Positions 12,453-23,924 of a stretch of 64,000 nt of DNA are shown here, one piece after another. Position 1 is the first letter of the stretch, and every line of letters starts with the position of its first letter. The position numbers and the translations under genes were made by a program. The DNA is taken from assembly GCA_009602725.1 (NCBI GenBank), contig WELB01000016.1, forward strand, positions 869,790-933,789. The letters are read 5' to 3'. The notes beneath the pieces are model-generated. The model was not told the origin of the DNA, did not search any database, and was given only the letters and a program-made list of their open reading frames with translations. Source of the stretch: Spirogloea muscicola (lineage: Eukaryota).

Positions 12453-14098
12453 CCCCTACAACTCAAAAAGGACTACTCACCCTAATTGCGTGTGTAAGGC
12501 GAGGTTCCTTACAAAGAATGGCGTGAAGCTCGTCGATGCGCTGATCGAGTTGTTGCAAGCTAACTCCACTGCTGGGAGGAGATTGTCCCAGTCATTACTG
12601 CCTTTTGCTGCCGACCTTACCAATTCTTCAAGTGTTCTGTTGGCCCTTTCAGTCTGGCCATCCGTTTGGGAATACAACGTCGTTGACATGGCCAACCTGG
12701 TTCCCAAAGCCTCGAAAATTTCAATATCAAAGTCCAAAACCGGCTGGTAAAGCGTTGGTCTCTCTCCGACAATAATTTTTGTAAGACCGAAGATTCTGAA
12801 CACCAGACTGAGGAACACTTTGGCTAGGTCGACTGCAGAAATGGCAGATATGATCGGTTCAACTTTTACCAACTTAACTTATCAACCACTACAAACATCG
12901 CATCATTCCCTGCACTTGTCCTTGCCAATCCCGTGACCAAATACATGGTCACGACTTCCAAGGTATATTCGGGTACTGGGAGGGGTTGGAGGAGGCCTTT
13001 AGCCGCTTGAAATACGTGTTTGTTAGCTTGGCATGCCTCACATGCTAAGAGGGGTTTTTTGACCGTCTTGTCCATATATAGCCAATAGAATGACCTGTTC
13101 TTTTATTAAACTGTCTTAGCCTTGCCCATGTGTCCCGAGATTGCCATACCACGACTTTCTCTCATGAACTGAGTTTTCAGCCATTTGTGATCGGGCGCAC
13201 AGAGTCTTCGCCTCCCTTTGTCTGCGAGATACCACCAGGAGCTTCCGTGGACATATTTTTCGGGTCTCTCTCCGTCAAAGCGAGTGCCTGCCAGATCATG
13301 ACCCAATAGTTCTAGGAGGAAGGCCGGATTTGGCCCGATCGCGTTCATGACGTTGAGTTCTATTTGAGGCCTTCAGGAGAGGGCGTCAGCCACGATATTG
13401 TCTTTGCCTTGTAAGTAATTAATCTCACAGTCATACTCCTGCAGGGATTATACCCATCTGTCTTGCCTTCAGATCAGTTGCGATTGCATTTGAAGACTTT
13501 CATCGAGTGATGATCAGACTTGAGTTCTGTCTATTGACCTTGTAGGTAACACCTCCAAACCTTCAAGGCATGTACTATGGCCAGCGCTTCCTTCTCATAG
13601 GTTGGGTAAATGTCTTTATTAAGCTTCAGCTTCCTGTTTTCAAAGGCATTTGGTTGTGGACTATTCCCTTGCTTTTGTGACAGTCCTGCCCCAATGCCAT
13701 AATCTGAGGCGTCTGTGGTGACCTCAAAAGGTAACTCCGGGTCTGGACATGCCAGAATCGGTGCATGAGTCAGTATAGATTCGTTTACTCAAAGGCTTCC
13801 TCCTGAGCCATGCCCCATCCACTAGCAATCCCCTTCTGCAGAAGGTCCATCATGGACTTGCATACACTAGCCATCTTCTTCACAAACTTTCGGTATTAGT
13901 TGGCCAGACCGAGGAACGATCGCAGCTCCTTGACATTGGTGGTTGGGGCCATTGTACTACGGCCTCAATCTTAGAAATTTCAACCTCTATTTCGATTTCA
14001 GACAGGACGTGGCCTGGGATTTCGACCTCTTTTCAGGAAGTCGCATTTGGATAAATTAGCATACAGGTGATGCTCTTTAAGAGTTCCAGCGTGTTTCT

Positions 14099-14147
14099 TT
14101 AGAATGAAAGAAACTGCTCGCCTACCGAGGGTAGGGGCTGAGAAAGG
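14099..14147 (-). mobile_element. ~50-bp CRE terminal-motif insertion in the Gypsy-A RT
   Basis: Motif fragment flanked by an imperfect direct repeat, CCAGCGTGTTTC at 14086 and CCAGCGTCTTTC at 14148. Confidence 0.65.
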
Positions 14148-16639
14148 CCAGCGTCTTTCCACAGGTATTCCCGATATCCTTCCAAGATTTTGGAACAGGT
14201 GAGCATGTTATCAAGGATCACCACCACATGTTCATCCAAGTATGGCTTGAAAAGCTTGTTCACAAGGCCTTGAAAGGAAGCCGGAGCATTTGTGAGGCCG
14301 AATGGAAGCACGAAATATTCATAGTGCCCATACCGCGTTCGAAAGGGGGTCTTGAGGATGTCCTTCTCTGCAATGCGGAACTTGTTGTAGCCGCCCCGGA
14401 GGTCAATTTTGCTGTAATGCCGGGCCCCACGGAATCGGTCCAGCACTTCGTCCATACAGGGCAACAAATATCTCTTCTTCACCGTCTATTTGTCCAATGC
14501 CCGATAGTCCACACACATGCGTAGCGACCCGTCCTGTTTCTTCACGGATGAAACAGGAGCTCCATTTGGAAGATAAGACGGTTGGATGAAGCCCTTGTCC
14601 AAGAGGTCCCCTCTAAGAGGTCCTCGGGTTGCCGCTTCAATTGCTTGAGTTCCTCAAATGACGTTTTTTAGATGCTCCGGTATGCTGGATGGCTCCCATC
14701 TTCCAGATCGATCTCGTGATCCACCGCCCTCTAGGGTGAAAGGCCTTTTGGAAGGTCGTCGGGGAAGACGTCCTCAGAGTCCAAGATTAATTCTTCAATC
14801 CTTGGCGCTATATGGCCGAACTTCTCCTTAGGAGGAGTAACATCCTTCGTGCTCCTCCTTACTAGTGCCAGAAAGAGTGGATCCCCCTTTGCGCAAGCCT
14901 TCCTGAGCTGAATGGCAGTCAGACCGTTGTCCCTCTCAGCTGTGAAGTCGTCTGTTGGTAAGACCATCGACTGGCCACCCTAAGTCACCAAGGTAAAGTG
15001 GTCCTTTGACAAATCTAGTTTGGGGTTGGATTTGGCTAGCCACGGCTTCCCAAAACGACGTCATAGGTCGCCAACCTCGTCACGTCCAGCGAGACGTTCT
15101 CCTTGTGGTGGCCTATTATGAGCTTTACTGGCGGCGTTGCAAGGGAGTTGTCGTGGTGGGATCCATCGGCAAGAACCACTACGTGATCCCTTCCTTGACC
15201 TCCGTACATAATCCTTTGTCTTTCACAAAGGCTTCCGAAACGAAGTTGCCAGATGATCCATTATCCACCAAAGCCACTATAGGCTATCCCACTAAGACTC
15301 TCTTGAGCCTTATGGGGTTTTCCCTTCCACAATCAGCCCTTCGCACGAAGCGACACTCCACAGCGGAAGTCGACTGCTGGTCAATCACCAGCTGTCTTCG
15401 GAGATGCGCTTCTCAGTGCAGCCACGATGGCTCTTCCTTGCACCGTCGAGGAATGTCGTACGTCCTGTGACTCCACGCAGGGGGCCGTCTTGTTGAAGGA
15501 TAGTCTAGGTCCTCCAACACCAACGCCAACAGGGGCCCCGCCGCCTACTGACGTGGTCCAATTTCCGATTCCGCTCTCACGAACTCTTGCCCCTTGGGGC
15601 AATCTCTCGGGCGAGGTGCCCGACTTCCTTGCAATTGAAGCACCTGTTCTCGAAACGGAGTTTGGCAAACTCTTCACCACTGAACCTGGATCCCATCCAA
15701 TAGTTGGGCCTAACCCCTTGGGGTAGGACGCCTGCCTAGCCATTCCCTGTAATTCCTTGTAGCCTTGCTTGATCCAAGGTGGCTTAGGTATACTACCCTC
15801 AGTCTCTGCCGAGCGCTTCTGGTGCTGGAAGTAAAGGGCATCCACCCGAACAGCCATACGCACCATCTCGTCGAACGTCTCCGGTGCCCTGATGCCCATC
15901 TCCTTCTTGATGCTGCATTTGAGGCCCCGCACAAAGCGGTCCTTTCTTTCAACTTTGCTGACATCAGGAATGCCCGATACCAAAGCCTTGAATTTCTGGA
16001 CATACTCCTGTACTGTTCCAACAGGGCATTGAGTAAGCCCGCAGGCCCACCTATGTATAGGTGGCTGTCGGCTGTACTGACACTTTACATTTACGATTAT
16101 ATTATGGTTTGTCCTGACTCTTACCGGAGGGGCGTGCCCGCTACACTCCCCCCCCCTAAACAATACCGGAGCTTCAGTCGCTGTGGCCGTTGTCGCCGTA
16201 GTCGCCGCCGTCGTCGTCGTCGTCGTCGTCGTCATCGTCGTCGGAGTCGTCCCGTCGGCGTTGGGATGGTCGTCGTTTTCTGGAGCCGGACCCGCCCCCC
16301 CCCCTGTACGCAGGGACGAGAGCGGGGTCGCGCAGCCGTTGGGGCTTCATTCGACTCACATGGGCCGTTGTCGAGGTGGGGCGACGGGGGTCCAGTCGCC
16401 GGCAGCGGTAGGAGAAAGGCCCAAGCTGGGCTGTTACCTAGTAGGGGCCGTGCCAATGGGGCATGAGCTTGGCCGCCAGGCCCACCCGCCGGGTGGGAAT
16501 GGGCAGGAGGACTTGGTCCTCCCCGTGGAAGGCAAGGTCGGCGTTGCGCCGGTTGTACCCTCTGGCCTGCCGGGTCTGGGCGTGGCGCAGCCACTCAGCT
16601 ATGTCGTGCCACAGGGCGTCGATTGCCATATGACGTTGA

Positions 16640-19600
16640 GAAGTCAGATCAGTACGGAAGCAGGCAACAAATCAGACTCGTGTGGTGGGCACTCAATGAA
16701 ATGAGGTGGAAAGAAAGTCTGCAAGGAACTTAGGAACTACTTTGATATCGAATAAAACAACAGAACAGAAAATAACAGAATAGGAATAACCAACAGATGC
16801 TGTGGTTGGCAATTGAGAACTTGGAATGAAATGAACAACTTATTCCCCCCCCCAGCTGCAAGTCCTTGGACAGGCAAAGGAGTTGGGTTGGAACCCAGAC
16901 AAGTTCTGCAAAACCAGTCAGCTGGAGGTATGCTTGTGAGTGGGGGTGTCAAACAATGGATATGCAACCCTCGGTCTGTCCGAGTGCAGACTTCACACGA
17001 TAAGTGGACAGATACACACTGCTGTGTACGATTTATAGTAGGCTCGATATTAGTTAGATGACAGGGGGAAACATTCTGGATGTGATGGGAAAAGTTCTGG
17101 ATTCTTGAAGGCGAATAACGCCGGAGGAGTTGTTTCCAACAACCTTATATATTTACGGACCTGCAGTAACATCCAAACCATGTTGAGGGGTGAGCTTGAG
17201 ATAAACATAGTCACCGACCTGAATTACTGAAGGTTTGGGCTTGTAGCCTCCGCTACGAATGTTAGCTTAGCGCTGCGTATCACGATGCTGAGGAAATGAA
17301 CAGATTACCACGCTCCATACAAACATTGAGCCACCTGTTAAGATCATCGAGATCCACCACTTCTGTTTTCACAGCATTGAGACTGATAGGAATTGGTGGA
17401 TAGCGACCATATGACAATAAATATGGACTATAAGCAGATAAAGCTGTTTGTTTAGACAATCGATAACCTATGATAAGCCAGAGTAAGAACCTGTCCCATC
17501 GTTCCATACCTTTCTGAAGGACATATTTGGTGAGACCGCGTTTGATGGTCTGAACCATACGTTTGGCTAGGCCATCAGCCTGGGGATGGTCACGCGAAGT
17601 GAGCCGATGTTCAATGAAGGATTCATCTAGCAAAAGCTGAAAATCACCTCGAAATTTGGTACCTTGGTCAGTGAGGACCTCAGCGCAAGCTCCAAATCGA
17701 GATAACACCTGGTTCAAGAAAGCTTCTGTCACATAGGTACTGGGTTCGTTGAAAATGATGACCACCTCTAGCCATTTGGAGAAGTGCTCGCTCATTATTA
17801 GCACAGAAGGTCGCCCTTCACCTCTACGTAAAGGACCAGCCGAATCGAGACTCCATCTATCAAACAAACCTCGGATAGGTCAAGGATGGAGCTGAGGGGA
17901 TTTCGATCAGAAGGTGCTACGTGTGCGATCACACTCTTACGCATTGCGACAGAGCATATTTCACAACATCAGTAACACCTGGCCACCAATGACCAGTGGA
18001 TAACAAGCTGATGGTGCGCTTGACACCAAAATGACCGAGTTGAATACGAACATCTCGCACAAGTTGCATACGTAATGGGGGAGATGGAAACAACTCGGTT
18101 ACCATAATCCTCATGCGGCTTAAATAGCTGGTTATTCTGCTATATGTAGCAACGAGCACAATGTTTGATCCTGTCCTTCTGCATAGGAGTGAAGTCAGAT
18201 GGGTAAATCGCAGTCTGCAGATACTGTAAAACTGGGGCATCCAACCACACATCTTTTGAGAAAAAGTTGTCACATGGAACATCCAAAGAACATGCCAAAC
18301 GATAATTGAACGTTGACCGTGTGAGAGCATAAGCGAGTCGATACGGAAATCGGAGCATATGCGATACAGTCATACAAGCAAGGTCATCAGAAACTGAGTC
18401 AGGGATTGGACTGCGATCAAGAGCATCAGCGTCCATATTCTGAATCCCTGGTCGATGTGTTATCTTGAATGCGTATTCCTGCAGTTTGAATGCCCATCGC
18501 GCGAACTTTCCTTTCAGATCCTGTGAAGTCAACAATCATTGCAAGTGTCGATGATCAGTCATCAGTTCAAAAGAACGGCCGTGAAGGTAAGGCCGAAAAT
18601 GGGTGATGGCCCAAACTGCAGCTAAACATTCCCCGCCATATGCGGAGTAATTTGTCTCTGCAGGATTGTTGCTACTGCTGGCATAAGCAATAACTAGTGA
18701 TGTTGGTCATCATCTCATTGCGTAAGGACGGCGCCCATGCCGACTTTGCTCCAGTCTCCATGAAGGAAGGATTTTATATGTAATCAGGATGACGTGAAAC
18801 AGGAGCTTCGGTCAGAACATTTTTGAGTCGCTCAAATGCATCCTGCTGCGGTGTAGTCCATTTCCACAATTGACCCTTCTTCAAAAGATCATGGAGGGGA
18901 CGAGCAATGGAAGTAAAGTCCTGAATAAAGCGGCGATATAACTGGCGAGACCAAGAAGAGAGCGCGAAGACTTCAGGTCAATGGGTGATGGAATGGCTTG
19001 GACAGCTTGGACCTTGGCATCCTGAGGCGACACACCCTTGCCAGAGATCTGGGGACCCAGATATGCTGCCTCACTTAAAGCAAACCGACATTTGCCAGGG
19101 TGACAACGCAATCTAGCCTGTTGAATAGCTGAAAAGTACCACTGCAACATGAGTCAAGTGCTCTGTAGAATTCTTGGCTAAATATCAACACATCATCTAT
19201 GTAGCAGCGTGCAAATAGAATGCCCTGTAATACACATCCATGACATGTTGGAACACAACTGGAGCATTCTTTTAACCCAAAAGGCATCTTATCCATCGGT
19301 AAAGAACGTTACTACCACAATGCACTCCCTAGAACGCCGTCTTATGCCTGTCCGAAGGTTGAATATCAATCTGATTGAAGCCCTGTCGAAGGTCTAACAC
19401 TGAGAACATCTAACTAGAGCCAACCTGATTAAGGATTTCCTCGGGCATAGGCATAGGATACCTGTCAAGAGTTGTGGATGCATTTGATTGTGTGGATGCA
19501 GTGACACATCCCCTTGTCCGTGTAGTTGCCAAACTCATCCTTCTTGGCAGGTAAAATTGTAGGAGCTGCATAAGAACTGGTGGAAGATTCGATCAGTCTG

Positions 19601-19830
19601 ATTGCCGAAAAATTCTTGACATCGCTGTTTAATAAATTGTTTCTCAAAATGCTCTGCACGCGGAGGCACTGAGTGACCATGGCGGCGGAGGAGCCTACGC
19701 ACTGTCGATGGGCGAGGCGCTGGCGCCGGATCCGAATGATGCTCCGACGCCGAGCCGGATTGAAACGAATCTTTTCTGATCGAAGCGGGTTGGAGATGCC
19801 GCGCTCGCGACCCCACCTTCACACCAAATT
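16640..19830 (-). mobile_element. Gypsy-B: decayed Ty3/Gypsy pol (RT, RNase H, integrase) with a C-terminal PHD finger
   Basis: RT MPFGLK and CYIDDVLIFS; RNase H LKGKFARWAFKLQEY; integrase EVLTDQGTKF and HPQADGLAKRMVQ; PHD-like CEVC...HIHCLTPPLTSIPPADWFCRTC at ~16899-17003. Confidence 0.85.
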
Positions 19831-20116
19831 AAGAAGTGACGCACCCCCGGATGTCCACGTGAGCAGCCACCTCCGCATCCTTGTCAGCACCGACACCAAT
19901 GAGCACCGACGGGATATCGCACAACAGCTACTTCCGCCCTGATGATGGGGAGGCTGTGGCGCAGATTCTGCTCCCACTGCAGGGCCTCGGGCCGTGCTGC
20001 GGCAGCCCCAGGGACGCCGGGAGCACCGGGCGCCGCCCGTACGCGGAAGCGCGACGTTCCGGTACTCTCATGGTCGGCGCAGTTGTAGGCGGCCAGTAGC
20101 AGTCAGCAGTGGGAGG

Positions 20117-20525
20117 TGTAAGAAAGCCGCGCCTGCCATGGCGTGGCGACGGCGGCGGCTGCGACAGCGGCGGTGGCGACAGCCGCGGCGACGACTGGGA
20201 GGCGACCGGACTAGTAAGGCCCGAAGGTGTTGAGAATTGCTGGGGCTGCCTGTCCCCCAGTGTCTCATGACCCCGGCCCGACCCGCAGGGAAAGCGCGGG
20301 GAGGCTGAGCTGGTCGGCTAGCCCGGCAGATCAGCCGCTGACCTGGCGACCAGCGTGTGGGGCCATGCCATCGACCCACTCCTAGGTCAAAAATCCTAGA
20401 CCTCGTCTACCGCTGTCCGTGATGAGCATCTCAAGGCGCTACAGCGCAGCTCCAAACAAAACAGCTAGACCTAGACCATATGCAGCTAGCAGTTGAAGAG
20501 TTTACAAAGAACACTCTTTCCAACA
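20117..20525 (-). mobile_element. Copia-family solo LTR with a 5-bp TSD, inserted in the Gypsy-C integrase
   Basis: Minus strand TGTTGGAAAGAG...TTCTTACA; GGAGG at 20112-20116 and 20526-20530; matches the LTR at 25822-26231. Confidence 0.9.
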
Positions 20526-20680
20526 GGAGGTAGTCGTCCCAGTCGTTGTGCTGGGTGTTGACGTATTTCGCAATCATGTCATTTGACCGTTCGGTTAGGC
20601 GCTCCACAAGCCCGTCGGTTTGGGGGTGGTGGGGTGTGGTGAAGGTCTGCCAGACGCCCAGCTCGTTGCAGACCGTCCAT

Positions 20681-21979
20681 TGTCATGCGCGAGGGCGTCG
20701 ATGCGAGATGGCATCGATTGGTCTGATAGAGACAAATTCTGACGTATGCAGACTACGTGATACACAAATTGACTAAGAAGTTGGTTGCAGTGGCCAGGCT
20801 GACAAGGAAGGCAGTCCGATAAGTGGCCAGCGTCAACAATTGGTAATATCGCACAATGTCAGTGGAAAATCAGAGGTCCAAATCTGAACCTGGAATTTTA
20901 AGTAACGAAGGATAAAACGGACTCGGTCTTGTAAATCGATCAAGTGACTCCGCATTAGTAACCAATCGGAAGTGACTCGGCTTTAGTAACAAGTTGGTAT
21001 AGTCACACGGCTTTTGTAACCATGATCGGATAACGGCTCGATCGAGTAATTCGGCCTTCCGTATCCCAGCGCAAAGATGCAAGGATATGCAAGATGCATG
21101 TGTAAGGACTCCAACAACAGATGCAGTGTACTTGACCACAATGTCAGTGCTGCGCGTGACACCGCAGGCTCACAATGACATCAACCCTCAGGTCTAGACA
21201 GACAGACGATGGCAGCGCTGTATGCAAGGCTGCTCACCGCAAGTCTTCCAAGACTTCTCGCTGTCGTATGCGAGTCCAGGCTAAGGTCCACTAGCTGCCA
21301 TCTGCCGTATGCTCTACGCGCTTCTGGGCGCAGGCGCGGACGCAGGGGCGGGGCCGTCTGCCGTATGCTTTACGCGCTTCGCTCTTTGGGCGCAGGCGCG
21401 GGTGGGCGCAGACGTGGGCAAGAGGATGGAAGTTGCCGAGCGGACTGCTCGGCTTGGGCCGTTCGCTCCGGCTTGAGCCGGGCGCGCTGCGGTGGCCGCT
21501 GGCTTGGGCAGGACCGGGCACTGTAGAGATCCTAGCGCAGCCTAATAGGTCAGGTCTGGCCGTGGCTACGCTGGTTGGCCAAGCTGGATGGCGGACCCCT
21601 TCGTGGGCTAACCACCTGACCCAGGGGTCAATCAATCCCGGGTGGTGAGCTCCAGCCGTCCGTTTCAAAATCGGACGGTTGTCGTCGTGCATGGGCTTGG
21701 GCCCTTATAGTTGCGTCGTTGTTGTTGCTTGTCGTTGTCGTCGCTTCATCGCGTTGTTGTCGCTTTGTCGCTGTCGTCGTTTCATCGCTGTCGCTTCGTT
21801 GCGTCGTTGTGGTAGAGTTTGATGAGCGATTGCCTCGGCTTCGGGCTGGACGAGGTCTCCCATCCCCGGCTCGATTCACATCCGGAACTGAGTCTCAGCG
21901 TAGAGCACACGTGTCAAGCCAGGTGATCTGTCCTAGTCAAATTGACACAAATAGGCCGTTGACGGGATATCGCACGACA
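20681..21979. mobile_element. ~1.3-kb insertion (solo LTR or non-autonomous element) splitting the Gypsy-C integrase
   Basis: Termini TGTCATGCG...CGCACGACA form an imperfect inverted repeat (TG..CA). Flanks CCAT/GCAT. Integrase peptide resumes on both sides. Confidence 0.6.
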
Positions 21980-22879
21980 GCATGACGTGGCCGGTGAAGT
22001 TGGTTCCGAGGTAAGTCAGGAGTCTCCGAGGGCACATGTGGTGGCACCCCACATTCCTTCATAGAAACTTGGCCACGCTGTCGTCGGTGGCATCGGGCAG
22101 GGTCGCTCCGATCACCCAGCAAGTTAGGTAGTCGATGGCAAGCACACCACATACCTGTGGCCCCTTCCCGTCACTGGAAAGGGGCCCATTATGTCGCAGG
22201 CAACGAGTACGAACAAAGCGCGTTCGCTTGCGAGGCCGGCGCGTCTTTGCGCGTGGCGCACGCGCGGCATCTGGCGACGTAGTCGTGGACGTCCCAGCGC
22301 AGGCGCGGCTAGAAGCAGGCGGCGCGCAGCTTGTCCAGGGTTTTGTGAAATCCCAGGAGGCCGCCACCCAGTGGGTGGTCGTGGTGGGCGGCGAGATACA
22401 CCGCGCGTAGCGGCGCGGGGACGACCCACCGGAGCCCGCCGTCCGTTTCGCGGTCTTACAGGGTGTCGTCCACTAGCGTGAGGCGAGGAAGGATGGGTCG
22501 CAAGTCCGGGGTTGCACGGCGGGGTCGGCAAGCCCCCGACGGGCAGCCTGGACTCACGGGTCGGTCGCCTGGCCGGCGCGGACGGCCGCCGGGTCGGGAA
22601 GCTTGCACCGCCTGGAAGGCGCGGGACAGCGCGTCGGCGGTGACGTTGCTGGTGCTCAGGCGGTAGAGTATGTCGAACGCGTAGGGCGCCATCGCGAAGA
22701 TCCAGCGAGCGACGCGGCCCTTGGGTTCGGGGGTATCGAACACCCATTGCAGCGCCTCGTGGTCGGTGATCATGGTGGTGCGTGCCCCGTGTACGTAGGC
22801 GTGGCACTTTTGACGGTAGCCAGGCACTCGCGCTCCGTAGCCGAGCAGTTGCGCTCCGGCTGCGTCAGAGAGCGGGAGA

Positions 22880-22990
22880 AGAAGTGCGCGCCCATAGAGA
22901 AGAGGGACTGGCAAAGCCAGCCCAAAAAAGAATGGACAATGTCCAAAGCCAAAGAAAGAGGAGCCGGGAAAAGGACTACACTACAAAGGG
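22880..22990 (-). mobile_element. CRE 3'-tail insertion in the Gypsy-C RNase H
   Basis: Terminal motif interrupts LVAY / SRSLTQPERN; flanked by GGGAGAAG and GGGAGAGG. Confidence 0.65.
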
Positions 22991-23129
22991 AGAGGTACGC
23001 CACCAACCGGAGCTCGCGGTGTCATGCCCGGGCGCATAGCGTCGTTGTAGCGTCGGCTAGAGGGCAGTCGGGCGGGCCGGAGAGCCTTGGGGCGCCGGAC
23101 GCGAAGTGTCTGTACCTATTTATTGCCTA

Positions 23130-23905
23130 GACCCTTTGTCAATTCCTTTCGGGTTGGCTTTCCACAGCCCTTGCCCCCATTGGGAGTGCCACTTCTCTAC
23201 TGAGAGCCTCCTTGCTGACGTCTTAGTGCTTAGTATCTTGCTTTTTGCCTCAATGGGCGAGCCCTTCCTTCTCTTGCGCCATCCGGCCCTTTCAGACCAT
23301 GTCCATTTTTTGGGCTCGCTTCTCACAGCCACTGCCGTCAATCTGGAAGCGCTTTCTTTCTTTTCCCCACCAGCCGGCGGGCCACGTCTTCTCCTGGACG
23401 TGATGACCACTGACTCATATGACCGCTCACACCCAGCCCAGTATGCCACCAAGGCTTGGTATGCGGTAGCCTGCGCCGCTCGGGCCAAGGAGCTAAACTA
23501 CGCAGATCACCTGCGGGAAGACGAGTTCTTCCCGCTCGCCATCGATACGCACGGCGCGCTGGGCGCTCGGTGGCTCGAGCTGCTCAACAAGCTCTCACGC
23601 CACGCCATTGTCCGCCGCTTCCATGGGGAGCCGGTGAACTCCCATGCAGCAGGGTCGCTAGCGCAGGTGTACCGCATGCGCTTGGCCGTCTCGCTGCAGA
23701 GGTCTATGGCCCGCGCGCTGCACCTGCGTGCAGGCAGAGCCCTCGCTGCTGCCTCTAGCTCTGGCCAGGGGACCCGCTTCCAGGAACCCAGTCTCTCTGA
23801 CCTGAGGCTGCTTAGCAGGGCTTACTGAGTGCTTCGTAGCTGCTTCGTTTCTTTTCTGTGTAAAGGAATGGACAAGGTCTGAAGGAGCCGGAGTGCTAAG
23901 GACTT
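23130..23905 (+). mobile_element. CRE-clade tails plus a family-A RLE fragment
   Basis: ORF 23106..23828: RLLLDVMTTD...AKELNYADH...FFPLAIDTHGALG...RMRLAVSLQRS...LLSRAY*, preceded by three terminal-motif copies. Confidence 0.85.
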
Positions 23906-23924
23906 TCTTTTTCTTGACCCCCAT

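Larger units (their letters stand above)
10990..16020 (-). mobile_element. Gypsy-A: decayed Ty3/Gypsy chromovirus-like element (gag, Zn knuckle, protease, RT, RNase H, integrase, chromodomain, PPT)
   Basis: gag 15381-16020 with CFNCKEVGH knuckle; protease ALVDNGSSGNF ~15240-15275; [12 protein letters not shown] and [14 protein letters not shown] 14099-14482; integrase QTDGQTERANRTLEE; chromodomain-like ~11095-11240; PPT TTTTAGGGGGGAG ~11032-11044. Many stops and frameshifts. Confidence 0.9.

Noticed and set aside
23106..23828. PD-(D/E)xK-like ORF as a stand-alone restriction or defence nuclease
   Set aside because: It is the RLE domain of 5'-truncated CRE retrotransposons; related copies carry RT and zinc motifs and TSDs.
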